Assembly: GCF_026210795.1 (NCBI RefSeq)
Contig: NC_089431.1
Location: forward strand, 1,550,001-1,614,000
Source: Rhizophagus irregularis
Lineage: Eukaryota
Direction of reading: 5' to 3'
DNA: 64,000 bases
The position numbers and the translations under genes are program-made. Under the pieces are notes generated by a model. That model saw only the letters and a list, made by a program, of their open reading frames with translations, was not told the origin of the DNA and made no database searches. Shown one piece after another: positions 12,370-24,810 of the stretch; the stretch's first letter is position 1; each line of letters begins with the position of its first letter.

Positions 12370-13095
12370 ATGTCTGTATCTGAAACTAACACACCAGCTT
12401 CCACCTCCACTTCCGCTAGAGCAACTGGAAATGAGACGGTCATGCTGGCGGAAGAAATAAAAAAATATAAACAGCTGAGCTTATCTCATTCTTGCAGGAC
12501 TTGGAGCTTAGTGGGAAGATTTTCGAAATTTTAGAAAAGGAGGAGATTAACGGCCGTGACTTCCTCAAGGTGACCGAAGAAAAGCTTCGAAGTGTTGGTT
12601 TAGGTTTGGGACCTGCGACAAGCTTGCGAATTTCGCCAAGGAGTGTGGGCAGAAAAAGTTGCGGTCCTTTTCCTCGTACCTTGGTATAGATAGTATTCCG
12701 CTGTTCTCTACGAAATTCAAGACAGTAATAAGGTTTTCAAGCGTTGTATTGAAGAAATTTTGGTAGGTTGCGCTCCTACGGCACCTTACAACCGGTGCGT
12801 AATGAGTATGTTGTGGCACTCCTTCATTCAGTCATTCATATCATTATGGATGAAACGAACAAGGATCTTAGCATGCGTCCTCAATATGGGATAGTTGGTG
12901 AGGAAAGCCGGGGTCGGGTTGATTACGCAATAAAGGAAGCTGAAGAACTTATCAACATCACGGAGGATAAACAGCATAAGGTTCCTCGCTCAGAATATCA
13001 AACAGCCTAAGTGCGCATGCGAGACGAATAAGAGGAAGAGAAAGCAGGGCGATGATGGTTTCGATTACCTTTATAGTATCGTTGGGACTGGCATT
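12370..13095 (+). pseudogene. Frameshifted SAM-like + PD-(D/E)xK-like nuclease-fold family gene
   Basis: Pieces in different frames: FEILEKEEINGRDFLKVTEEKLRSVGLGLGPA (SAM-like) and GEESRGRVDYAIKEAEELINITEDK (D...ExK-like spacing), then ETNKRKRK..FDYLY. Several frameshifts. Confidence 0.6.
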
Positions 13096-13326
13096 AAAAA
13101 TTTTGGGAAAAGTTTCATTTTATATGGTACCACACTTAGTTGACTAATATACCGGCAAATATCACGTGATCGAGAAACTTGCGTAACATTATTGCGCCGT
13201 GATCATCATCCTTAAATAACATCATTTCATCATTTTAATTGATCAGTGAATCATGTATAAAGTAACTTACAAACTTTTAAATTTTTTCTTTTTTTTCAAA
13301 ATTAAAACAATCTACAAAAAATAATC

Positions 13327-13969
13327 ATGGAAAAGTGGAACCCCAAGCGAATTGTTAAACCTTTAATCTCTGAAAAAACGAGAGTTGAGAAGCTCGCCGA
13401 TAAAATGAGAATGAGTAAGTAAATACTGGAAAGCTACAACCTATATTTTATTTGTGTAAATGAACCAATTATTTTTGTTTTTAGCACCCACGACTCTTCC
13501 AATTGCTATGCAAAACGAGAATAACGCAAGATTAATTCTCAAGGCAGTGAAAGCAATGAATATAGATGATCCCGCTATTTTCGTTCAATGGAATCCTAAC
13601 GGATTCAACGACACTGCAACGCCAAATGTCCGCAACGGCGTTGCAGGCCAAACATTACAAGCTCTCGTAACCTATATTACTGGAAGTGGAGGTGTAGACT
13701 TTAACGGACAAAATTCTTTATTCATATTTAGGAACAACATGACAATTTCCCAATGTCAAGGAGGGTTTCCTCAGTGGTATGAGAACCTCGTTGGTATTTT
13801 TGGATCTGTTAACCATGTTTTAATTATTTTCTTTTCTACTTTTTTTTGTTAAAGGGCTCATCATCAGGCAACTATTCCGGACGTTTGTAGTTCGATTTGC
13901 CGTATTAACAAGTTATCAGCTAATGGTGCGATCGATTATGAGTTGTTTGAATTTCCATTAACAAAATAA
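13327..13969 (+). CDS. Hypothetical protein, 3 exons (13327-13414, 13485-13776, 13855-13969), 164 aa
   Basis: GT..AG introns join MEKWNPKR..KMRM / TPTTLPIAMQ..GGFPQW / AHHQATIPDVCSSICR..FEFPLTK* in one open frame. No recognisable domain. Confidence 0.75.
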
Positions 13970-14220
13970 TAAATAATATAAATAATATAAATAATATGTT
14001 TATGAAATTTTATTGGTTTGATTTGATGTAACATTCCATGTAGATGAACCAATTAAACAAACTTTTATCATGCTCGTGATTGATGTTTCCATTTATAGAA
14101 TTGTCAATAAACACGAACCTTTTTGAGTTATTGAGTATAACTTAGATTTATCATAATCCATAAAATAAACTCCTACCATCCAAAAATTTCGATTTTTGAA
14201 AAAATAAAAATAAATCAGTT

Positions 14221-14415
14221 TATTAGAATTTATGTAAATATGTTCGGCTAATGTTTTCTACTACATATAAAAATAAAACAGATCATATATTAGAATCTAT
14301 GTAAATATGTTTGGGCTAATGCTTTCTATTACATCAAAAAATAAATTAGAGGGGGGGACCATTTTTAGAATCTATATATATGTAAATATGCACAGCGCCG
14401 GCCAATGATTTTATT
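14221..14415. repeat. Three degenerate ~70-bp tandem units
   Basis: ttagaat(c/t)tatgtaaatatg....gg(c)taatg recurs at about 14223, 14290 and 14365. Confidence 0.6.
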
Positions 14416-14422
14416 CAATCAG

Positions 14423-15365
14423 TCAGCATTGGTACCCATCCTCATTTAGATCTAAACCATCGAATTGATCTTCAAGCCAATTTGGTCGAGAAGAATTCGT
14501 TCTAATCCTTTCTTGAATGATCTTTATTTCTTTATCAGTAAATTTTCCAAAAGACGATGGTGAAATTCTCCTAATTCGCTTGATCTCGTCTCTTCCTAAA
14601 CCTTCTGTTTTGAATATGTTGTAAATATTTTTAGCTGAGCGTTTTTTCTTGTTAAAGATATTACAAGACATGTCAGAGGGAAATTGTCGCTTAATTTCTA
14701 CATTAAGCAAGATTCGCGCGGTTTGAAGAGGATGAATAGATGCAAATTCAGCCAATTTCTTCTCCAATGCTTCCCCGAGAGAATAGTGTGAGTCAAGGAT
14801 GCCATATTCTGCGCGAGATACTTCACGTGTTTTTCTTTAAGAATCTTCTCAGTATCAAGTATTTTATTGTGTAATTCGACGAACACCATATCTGGAGTTG
14901 TAGGGTCCCCGTTTCCACATTTGCCACCGGCAACGGATTAAAGTCTTGTGGTCTGTTGGATAACTCTTTAAAAAATTTTTTAACCCCATCTTCTTCTTGA
15001 GGATTTAACCTTGCATCATCATCATCGCCAAGATAAATAAGTGACAACGTTGACATGTCGTATCTTTTTTTAAGGAAATAATAATACATCTAAGATGGAA
15101 GCTATGAAGACAGGACAATCTCACGACTGGTTCCATTAGGTTCGAATAATGGATCGGGTTCATTACACAAAGAACATGTTTCGGATTCCCCTTGATCGGA
15201 TTCCTCTTGAGCGGATTCCCTTTGAGAATTGGTAGGTGCGGTGAGTTGAATATTGCGATAAGGGAGATTTCCGTCGAGTATACCCTCATATTGGGGCCCA
15301 AATATTTCTTCTTCAATGGTAAATGGAACACGCGGAGGGGTGTTATTGGATCTTTCTGATTCCAT
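14423..15365 (-). pseudogene. Frameshifted RING-finger-containing gene
   Basis: Five overlapping ORF pieces assemble to ..ETCSLC / VVRLSCLHSFHLRCI..TTCQRC (RING-H2 pattern), followed by a helical C-terminal region (..AKNIYNIFKTEGLGRDEIKRIRR..). Confidence 0.65.
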
Positions 15366-18244
15366 TAGTATTTTTTTGAGATGCGATTTATGGGAAAAAT
15401 GTTATGATGAGCGAAAGGAGGGCGGTTAATAAGTTTTGCGACGGAAAGGGGGAACATCCGTGAAGCTTTAATCTAACACTTTATCATTATCATTATTTAT
15501 TTGCTAAAAGCCCGTGGTAGCTTGCATCAGTGAAAATTTCCGCATCTATACAAACGCTCGTAATGTATACTCTTTTAGGCAGGACCTGCTTGAATTAGGA
15601 AAAAATTTAGAAGTAAATTTAATTCTTAGAGTATTCTTAGGGTAGCTAATTGATTAAGATTTATCTATAGACTTCCGTAGAAGAGTAATGTTCGAATACT
15701 ACTTAAATTACTATTTAGATTTAGATCATCCCGCCAGCCCTCCTTAAGAACACATGTCGTATAAATGGTTTTTTGAAATTTTTTTTTGTAATTATAATAC
15801 GAAATCGTCAAAGTGCATCTTGAGGTTTAATATAAATAAGCCTGTTGTAAAAAAATCACCCCAAACATATCGATATGATCAAAAAAAAAAATTTTATTAT
15901 GACGACCGGCTTTTCTACATTTTATTATACCATATTATTACGAGATATTTCATTGAGTTTAAGTAATTATAATGAACTGCTACAATATTCGAATGTGAAA
16001 TTCCAAAAGTACAAAATCCCGAGAAACATAGCCGAAGTAGGATTAGGATATTCATTAAATTCATTACATTCATGTGAACACAGGATTTTGAAAGCGCGGT
16101 AATAATATTATTAGTATATAAATAAATAATTAGTATTTATTAGTATGATTTATATCATATAAATAGTCTAGGGATACATAAATAACACTACTAGAAAAAA
16201 CTACAATTGTATAAATGTCTAAATGGTACAAAACCAAAGCTATATTATTGAATTAAGAAGGAAATAGAAAAAGCAAAGAAAGTCATATTTATTTTGAATC
16301 ATTGACCTTCTTAACACTAATAGGATTTACTAAAAACAAACTATAATTATATAAATGTCTAAATGGTGCTATCATAAACCAATTGAGATTAAAGACAGAT
16401 TAGGAACTTGCAAGGTTGATCAGGGCAGAGTAAGCACGACACTTTCGACAAGAGAGGCGTCAAATTTCCTAGTAAGACCGATAAGAATAGCAGGCAAAAT
16501 TTTGGCTTCAACATTACAAAATGATCGTGTAACAGCAGCAAAAATAGCCAAGATGAAGAAAAGGTAGAAAAGAAGAAAAGATTAAATTTCATTTTGATTT
16601 TTCGGTTGACTTTTTTGATTTTTTACAAAGAAATGTTTTTTGATCGTTCGTTCAAGTTGTATGGAATTGAGGGTATATTTATAACAAAATTTGAAAGGTT
16701 GTCTTTATTCTGCACTTAAATTCAAAGAATGATTCAAAGAATATTCCACAATTTTAATTTTTAGTGCAATAAATTTTTAAGATAATGTTCCTATTGCTCA
16801 TTTGCAGTTACTGTACCGTTAAAACTGTTGGCCCAAACAATCAATTCTGAGGTAGCCTAATTTTGAACTGGCATAGTGAGCCATTGTTTACCTCAAAATT
16901 GATTCGCATCACGTTCTGTAATATATGACCGCATATTTGTTTGATTTTTATTCTACTTTTTACGATATTAAATAAAATTATATTCATAAATATTTTCAAC
17001 GATAAAAATAAATGCAAAAAAACCCACATACGTAAAAAAATAAAAGATAAAAATATAAAAAAAATCATCCAGATGTACAAATCGCCATTGACGCAAATCA
17101 CGGGGCACAAATAAATTTCATGGCGATTTTTTTTATCAAATTTTTTTTAGTTATATAGGTGATTGATTCTTTTTGTTTATACTCTGTTTTATATACAAAA
17201 AGTTTTTTAGATAGATACCATGCAATCAAGAAAACTATCAATAAATTTTAATTATTGTAAATGATTAGATAATTAAATTGGATACTTAACTTCAAATAAT
17301 ACAATAAGCCCAAAGAGACGTGAAAAATCGGTCATTTTCGGAACCCCAAAAACGGAAATTCGATCGAGATCTGTAATGCAGTAGATGATTGAATAATAAA
17401 ACTTCCATTTTGAAGTGAAGCGACACTTTCTTTTTGGTTTCATTTCGATCAGCATTCTATTCAACGATTATTGTAAATACAAAACTTCCATTTTTATGGC
17501 GTGCCATAGTCAACGACAAAATCGTTATAATGAAAATTAATAAATTATTCGTACATTATTTGACTCCTTACATGTGTTGTAATAATTTGCGTAATAATAC
17601 ATTATCTGATATAGATAGTATGACGAGAAATCTTCCGAAAATAAGGATAATAATTTTCTCCTTAAAGTTCTTATTTTCTTATTTCTCATTCTAAGTTCAG
17701 TCTAAGTTCTTATTATATCCACTTTATTCAAACTGATGGGACAATAGACAAGGAAATGATCGAAATTATTCAGAAATAAGAACCGGTTGATATATATATT
17801 GTGGAATCGAAAAAAGGAAAAAACTAATCAAATGATTTCGTTTTCGTGGTGACTACATGTGAAGTAAGTAATAATGTGAAAATTTGCGCTAATGCGTTTT
17901 TATTTTATTTCTTGTAATGCAGACGATTTCATGGGTAAGAAGTAATGAAAATATTAATATTAATGGTATGCAAAAAATGTAATATTAATCGAGAAAGTTT
18001 AAATTACATAAAATTAACATATTTATAGAACTGTATATTATACGATAATCACTTTGGCGCATCGAATTTGGATATCAGCATACATTTTTTACTTTCGAGT
18101 TTCAGATATCACGAAAGAACAAGCATAATGTTGACAATTTTTTTATTAGATAATTTAGATAATGGAATACATAGCTCATTTGAAATTTATAACATAAAAT
18201 AAGAATAGAAAAAATCAAAAAAAAATTCTTAAAATTTTAATACA

Positions 18245-19737
18245 TTACGGAAAGATAACAGCACCTTTTCTGAAAAAAACATTTGGATCATATTTTCTTT
18301 TCAATTCTTTTAATCTTTCAAAGTTTTCACCCCACACATTTTTCAATTTCTTTTCATCATACTCTTCATAATCCGAAGTATCCACAAAATTAACATAAAG
18401 AGTTTCATCCCCATCCTTACTCAAAATATTTTGTATTGATTTGGCCCAATTATAAACAATTTTGTCATCATGTTCATTTTTCCATCTTTGAATTATAACT
18501 ACGTTATAAACTTGTTTACGAGGATGAAATGCCGTAGAATCAGGTGGTATTGCAGCAAATTTCTCCGCACTATGTAAATCAAACACAATATCTGTTTGAG
18601 AGGTTTCCGGATTTTCATTAGTAAATTTAATATAAGAATCATAGACTTTACGAATGCTTGAGATGTTTAAACAATTAATTTGTGCGTTAAGCATTGCTTT
18701 ACGATCTCCGTAGTCGTTGGTTTGGCTTACCAACATATTTAATTCGGGATATGACATACGTTCTACTTTTTCAATTATTGGTTCACCACATTTATAAATA
18801 AGTGAAAATTTTTCTCGAAAAACTTGTTCTGATGGATCATTAGAAAATAACAAAGCCCCGATAGTTGGCTGAAAGAAATCAAAAAAATCAATGTCATCAT
18901 TTAACAGATTGAGTATAAGCTAGGATATGATGTAAATACCTTATTTTCTGGAGGAAATCTATTAAAGAGGAAGGAAGCATTTTCATCAACCCCGCGAACT
19001 TTAAGCCATAAATTAAAGGCTTCAACAAGAGAATCTAATTTTTCAGCAGGAAATAATAATAAACCGGTAAAAACTTCTTTTTGTTCATGCGCTTTAAAAA
19101 TGAATTCGTAAACAACTCCGAAATTGATTCCACATCCTCTAATAGCCCAAAATAAATCTTCGTTCTTGTTGGCTGATAATTCTCTAACTTCTCCATCTGC
19201 AGTAACTATTGTGGCCCCCATAATATTATCAATTGTTAATCCATGTTTACTTGTTAGGTGCCCAAAACCACCTCCTAATGATAATCCGCCAATTCCTGTA
19301 TGATGAACTAAACCTCCTACAGTGGCTAACCCATGTTTCCAAGCTTCACTATCAACTTCACCGAATAATGCACCTCCTTGAGCATAAATTAATTTTTTTT
19401 CGGCATCAACTCTTACTTTATTTAATTTTCTCATATCTAAAACTATTCCTCCTTCAGAACTTGAACTACCGGAAGTTGAATGTCCTCCACAACATGTAGC
19501 GAAGTCCAAATTATTTTTATTGGCAAAATTAACAGTTTTAACGATATCTTCGAGGCAAGTCGCTTGAACAACAATACCTGCTTTTTTAATTGCGTTGTCA
19601 GCCCATCTTAATATACTCTTTTCATAACCTTCATCACCTTCTGTTAATACTTTAGTATTAATATTGAACGATTCTTTAAATTTTTGAACATCGTTGGGAT
19701 CGATATCCTTTATCAATTTTTTTGGTTGATAATTCAT
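18245..19737 (-). CDS. FAD-linked oxidoreductase (berberine-bridge-enzyme / FAD_binding_4 family), 2 exons (19737-18940, 18868-18245), 473 aa
   Basis: GGHS flavin-attachment motif, [27 protein letters not shown], and C-terminal BBE motif [24 protein letters not shown] 71-nt GT..AG intron keeps the frame. Confidence 0.93.
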
Positions 19738-20174
19738 GATCGAAGATTTTAATATGAATTTTTTTAATCGAATTTAGGATTATTTATAATAATCTCGTAT
19801 TTTTGATTTGATTATCTGTTAAATTTGTTTCCTTCTTATTTTCATTGAATGAATGAATTGTACTGTTTTACATATTTTAAAGGAAAATAAATTCCTATTT
19901 ATGTTCAATTATAATATGAATAATATCAACAATTGAAGAAATGCAGACCATTATAAAGGTTACGTCTCATTCATCTCATTCTTAAAATCATTTTATCGCA
20001 ATGTTTATTTTTTAGTGTGACAAGGTCTGGGGTGACAAATTGTAGAATGATTATTAATTATATTTACTAAATTCAGTTACGCAGGGAATTGGGGATCCAG
20101 GATGTCCGTCCGTCACGTGACGATATACTGTACAACTTAAATAGTTACTAAATATTATTAGATCATTGGCAAAT

Positions 20175-20532
20175 GACGACTAGTAACTTTTTACATTCGG
20201 GTTCTTGGGAAACCCATAGAGATCGAATTTGGTTCGATAATATAGAGTTATTTCATAATTTTTTTATAACCTTATAGGTAAAAATTTCAATACTAGATGT
20301 ATTTTTATGTACGTGTTATAGTGTGTTTTTTTATTCTCCCCTTGGCGGGTGAGTCCCCGTGAGTGATCTTGGATTCCTCTCGTCTCTCGTTTCGAAAAGG
20401 TCAGAAATCATCGTCTCCTTTGGGTTGCGGTTTGGTTGTAAGTGTTAGAATTATTTTCGACTCAATGTATATTTTGTCCGTATAATTTGTACTACAACTT
20501 GGTTTTTCTGCGTCATAAAAATAAAAATAAAA
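20175..20532 (+). mobile_element. 5'-truncated non-LTR retroposon fragment with 16-bp TSD
   Basis: tagatcattggcaaat is repeated at 20159-20174 and 20533-20548. The insert ends in an A-rich (taaaaa)n tail and begins with a short open stretch TTSNFLHSGSWETH..* followed by a UTR-like region. Confidence 0.8.
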
Positions 20533-20662
20533 TAGATCATTGGCAAATTACATTCTCTAATAGGGCACGAACTAAGATAATCAAAGTGTAAACCTAATCA
20601 TTATTCTAACGGATATCCATTTTTAAAATTAATTTAAGGGAAAATTCTATTATACTACGTTA

Positions 20663-20927
20663 TTCGTAAAGGCAAAAAAATATGATGAGTTTATAAATAA
20701 AAAGAGTTTTATATGATTATGCTAAAGAGATACCACATTGCAAAATTTTAAAGAATAAGCCACTTTTAAAATTAAATTAAGCTGTGTCTTATGCTCATTA
20801 TTAGGAAAATGCTATTAGGCTATATTTTTCGTAAAGGCAAAAAATATGATATGCTTGTAAATAAAAAAGTTTTATATGATTATGCTAAAGAGGGGGTCCA
20901 TGTTGCAAAAATTTTAAATAACAAGCC
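20663..20927. repeat. ~100-bp direct repeat, 165-bp spacing
   Basis: ttcgtaaaggcaaaaaa.tatgat...ttttatatgattatgctaaagag...ttgcaaaaattttaaa..aagcca at 20663 and 20828. Confidence 0.8.
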
Positions 20928-21056
20928 AATACAACTGATAATATGCTGGGTTTGCATTCTTATTTATAAATAAACTATTCGAATCCGATATTGCATGCGC
21001 ATAAATAAGATAACCAATTTACTTTCCCTACTTCTTATAAAGAATCCCTTTTCACG

Positions 21057-21407
21057 ATGACTAAAAGATTCACTTCTTCTTTCTTATTTGCCTGCATTTT
21101 TTTTGTTCTTTGTTCCTTTGTTTTGGGAAGACCAAAAGATATTATACCCGAGCTCACAGATACTTTTAAAGCTAACCTTGCTGCAACAACACTTTATGGA
21201 AAAATTTTTCTTCTCGATAAAGATCAACAACCTTGTGTGAAGTATAAGCCCAATGTAGATTGGCCTATGAAAACAACTGTAAAACTCATTCGAAATGGTA
21301 CTATTGTGGATGAATATAAATATAAAAATGTAAAAGACAAGAAATTTATTGTTTTAAAAGACAATTTATCAAACATAATTATCAGTTTAATACTCAATCT
21401 CTGCTAA
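21057..21407 (+). CDS. Small putative secreted protein, 116 aa
   Basis: N-terminus MTKRFTSSFLFACIFFVLCSFVLG has a basic/hydrophobic/small-residue signal-peptide pattern. TATA-like tataaataaa lies ~90 bp upstream. The 3' end could be spliced differently. Confidence 0.6.
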   Translation: MTKRFTSSFLFACIFFVLCSFVLGRPKDIIPELTDTFKANLAATTLYGKIFLLDKDQQPCVKYKPNVDWPMKTTVKLIRNGTIVDEYKYKNVKDKKFIVLKDNLSNIIISLILNLC

Positions 21408-22079
21408 CAAAGGTATGAAAATAGCGGAAGGGAATGTATCTTTGTGTACTAAATGTTATTTTTAGTATATAATTACTTCTTATATATATACTTTATTATA
21501 ATTATTTTATTTTGTATTTATTATTGTTTTTAGTATAGGGATTTTTGAGATTAATAAAGAGAAAATTTAACGTTTAATAAAAATAAAAATACAATAATCA
21601 TGAATCGTATAAAATCATATACCAGTTAAATTAAAAAACTTAAAGTATATTCAATAATGCATAGGTTAATTTTTCCATGCAAAAGTTTCTATCCACATAA
21701 TTAGTTGTTCGTTTGACATAATTATACAATTGCTCATTTTTTTTTAAAAAAAGCGAATGACATAGATGCGCATAAATCATTGGGAAACTTGCTGTGCAAA
21801 ATACTTATCTGTAACATGGCCAAATTGCAAATTTAATTGAAGTTAATAAATGTGATTCATGTCGTTAGCCGTTAAGTGCTTTTGAAATTAGAGAAAACTC
21901 TTCTACCTTTTTTATTATCAATTTAGGAACTTTATTTATACATATTAAAGGAATTTTTACTAAATTTATCGTCAGCTAAACTGATGTTTTTAATTTATTT
22001 GTTTTTAGATCAAATACATTTTTTTTATTTCTGTAACTTACACAGAAGATTAAATAAAATTTTGAAATATCTGCAAAAA

Positions 22080-22448
22080 ATGATACTTTGTTTTAATTGT
22101 TTGAATTGTTTGAGGACGATTTATTCCAAAATATATTACAAAACTTTTAAAACTTTTGAAAAATGCTTGTCCAATAAAAGATTGCAACACTCTCATGACT
22201 TTTGTATATCTTGTTATGACAAATTATCAATTGATAAAGATAATCTTGAAAAAAACACATTATTGAAAAAAATCGTGAACTTTATATGGAATTCGATTTC
22301 GGATTTGAATTTCATAACGCCAGAAAGATTTTTTTATAATCTGAAAATTACAATTAATATTGGCAAACTTGACCTAGAAATGAAGCCAGATTTAGAAAAT
22401 GAATACTTGAAATTAGAAAATCATAAAAATTTTTTTAAAATTAAATGA
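22080..22448 (+). CDS. Hypothetical Cys/His-rich protein (possible degenerate Zn-finger)
   Basis: Within ORF 21984..22448: CFNCLNC...C...HSHDFCISC. No other support. Confidence 0.3.
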   Translation: MILCFNCLNCLRTIYSKIYYKTFKTFEKCLSNKRLQHSHDFCISCYDKLSIDKDNLEKNTLLKKIVNFIWNSISDLNFITPERFFYNLKITINIGKLDLEMKPDLENEYLKLENHKNFFKIK

Positions 22449-24232
22449 TTACGTCAACAAATTCAATACCGTTTACTTATCCGCGTCACAAAAAAAAAAA
22501 ACAAACGCTTAAATAATAATAATTAAATTTATAAATTTGACAAATTAAGATATTAATAATTAAATCAACTAGTTAACTATTAAAAACAATAGTAATACGT
22601 ATTAATATAAATTTTGTCAGTTTTACATGAATTTCGATAATTTTTTAATTTTATCACATGATATAATAACTTTTAATTATAGTATAAAATTTTATTAAAG
22701 TAGAATTCTTGTGTTTAAGTATAAAATTCAATGATAAAATATGTTGTCAGTTATCCACAAATAAAAGTAATCAGATCATATTGATTTCTTTAGAAAACTT
22801 TTTATTTTTATTTTTATTGCTCAAAATGAACCAGCAAAAGAGGAAAAAAATATATACATATGATCATACTATCCTATAACCAAGATGCAACAACACCTCT
22901 AGCAACTAAACTAATTTATGCAAAGTATCTAATATTTCCACTAAGTTCTCGGATCGTAACTCTTTATGGGAATTTCTTTAGAATACTTTGACAACCTTTT
23001 AATTAATCACGTGATCATGATTTGCTGAAATAATATGCGCAGTTAAAAAATAAATAATGCAAGACATAGATCATTTGTGGCAGGTGCTCCTGTTTCAGAT
23101 GAAGCGCCGGATTGCAGGTTAACTGCAGCAGCTGTAGCAAATTTTGCAGCCGATCATTTTTTAAGCTTTTTACACTTTTTATCACATCAATTAGCTTTCA
23201 ATAATCGCAAAAAATTGTTACATGTAAAAATATTTTTTTTATTCTTTTTATAAAGTGGAATAAAGTCAATTTATAGTTTAAATTTTTAAATTTTATTTTA
23301 TTTTTTTAATTTCGCGGATTCACTATGGAGGCCACTTAGGTGAAAGTTAGAAGTTCTTAAAAAAATGCATAATTTAAATAAAGCCTTCAAAGATTGCTTA
23401 GGTAGAAATGCTGAATTGTTCATGGAGAGAGCAGAAATTTTCAGTAAAATTAAAAATTTATTTTACCATTGAAAAATTCTATGTTGAATCTGTCAAATTA
23501 CATTAAGGTGATCAATAAATAGCAGCCGTGAAATTAATGATATTCATGGATTCCCATGAAATAACTGTTTTATCCCCTGGAGACTAACGTCCCGTGATAA
23601 AAATAGTTTAATATAAAGCTTATAAGAAAGCTTATTGTATTTTTATTATAAAAAATCTATTTTATTTAAAAAGTGTGTCGTGTCTAAACTTACTCTTAAA
23701 ATTTAAAAATCTAAAATAAACTGCATTTCATGTTAATATTTTTCATTATTAAATATCACTATGAAAAATTACGTCGTTAATACACTTTAAATTATATAAT
23801 TATTTCTAAACACATTAAGATTTGTATATACCAAATCATTTTTTTCAATAGTAAAAATTATATTAAAAAAACTTTCGTAGTTACTTTTCGCATATTTTTT
23901 TTCGCAAAAGACAATGATATTGATACAATTATACGACGAATTAACAGTTAATAAAATTTTTTTTTAATATTTATATATACAGTATATATAATATATATAT
24001 ATTAATCTTTATAACTCCTGTCCAAAAACGAGAAACGAAAAAGTAATTTGTTATTTTCATTTTTTTTTTTTGATTATGCTCTTCATGTTCCATAATTTTA
24101 TAAATACAAATAAAGGGTATGCATTTTATATGGATATCTGGCTCTTTATTGATTTGATTTTTTTTAATCAAGAATACTTAAATTAGTCAAATATACATTT
24201 ACTGTATACAAAGTAAATGGTGACAATTTTTC

Positions 24233-24455
24233 AGGACCCCGAGCTATATATATAGAGGTAAAGGTACAGCCAAAAAAAATTACTATTAGCTCTACGCACT
24301 TTTTCAGGGCCGGAATTACAATAATGCCAGTCAGTGTCTAAAAAAGGAAATAAAATCCGGCCGGAATTATCTATAAAAGGAAAGATCTACATAATTATTT
24401 TTGTCAATTCTACGCAAACCCTTACCATACCTTTTTATGTATAGCTCGGGGTCCT
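24233..24455. mobile_element. MITE (AGGACCC...GGGTCCT family), copy 2
   Basis: TIRs aggaccccgagctata / tatagctcggggtcct. Internal tacgca.tttttcagggccggaatta..ataatgccagtc is shared with copy 1. Flanks aatttttc / aattttca. Confidence 0.85.
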
Positions 24456-24810
24456 AATTTTCAATGATTAATTTGTCAACGATCATATTGCCGACAACTA
24501 CTTCACCCGTTCACTGATATGTTCATTTCATCAATGATAATTTCAAAGAACTGTAACCCTGACGGAGAAGTGATTGTCATGACACACTGGTGAATTGAAC
24601 CCGTGATATATTATGTATGTGATAAAAATTTTAGTGCAACTGGCGCAATTAGGCGCACCTGCAGCAAACACTGTTAAACAATACGGTTATTGTATCATCG
24701 ATGAAGAATAAAATACATCTGATTTTTTATTTTCACGTATATCTGATATTTTCTTTTTAAATTTTATACTGTAATTCATTTTCTGACAATAACAATAAGT
24801 TAAAGGCAAA

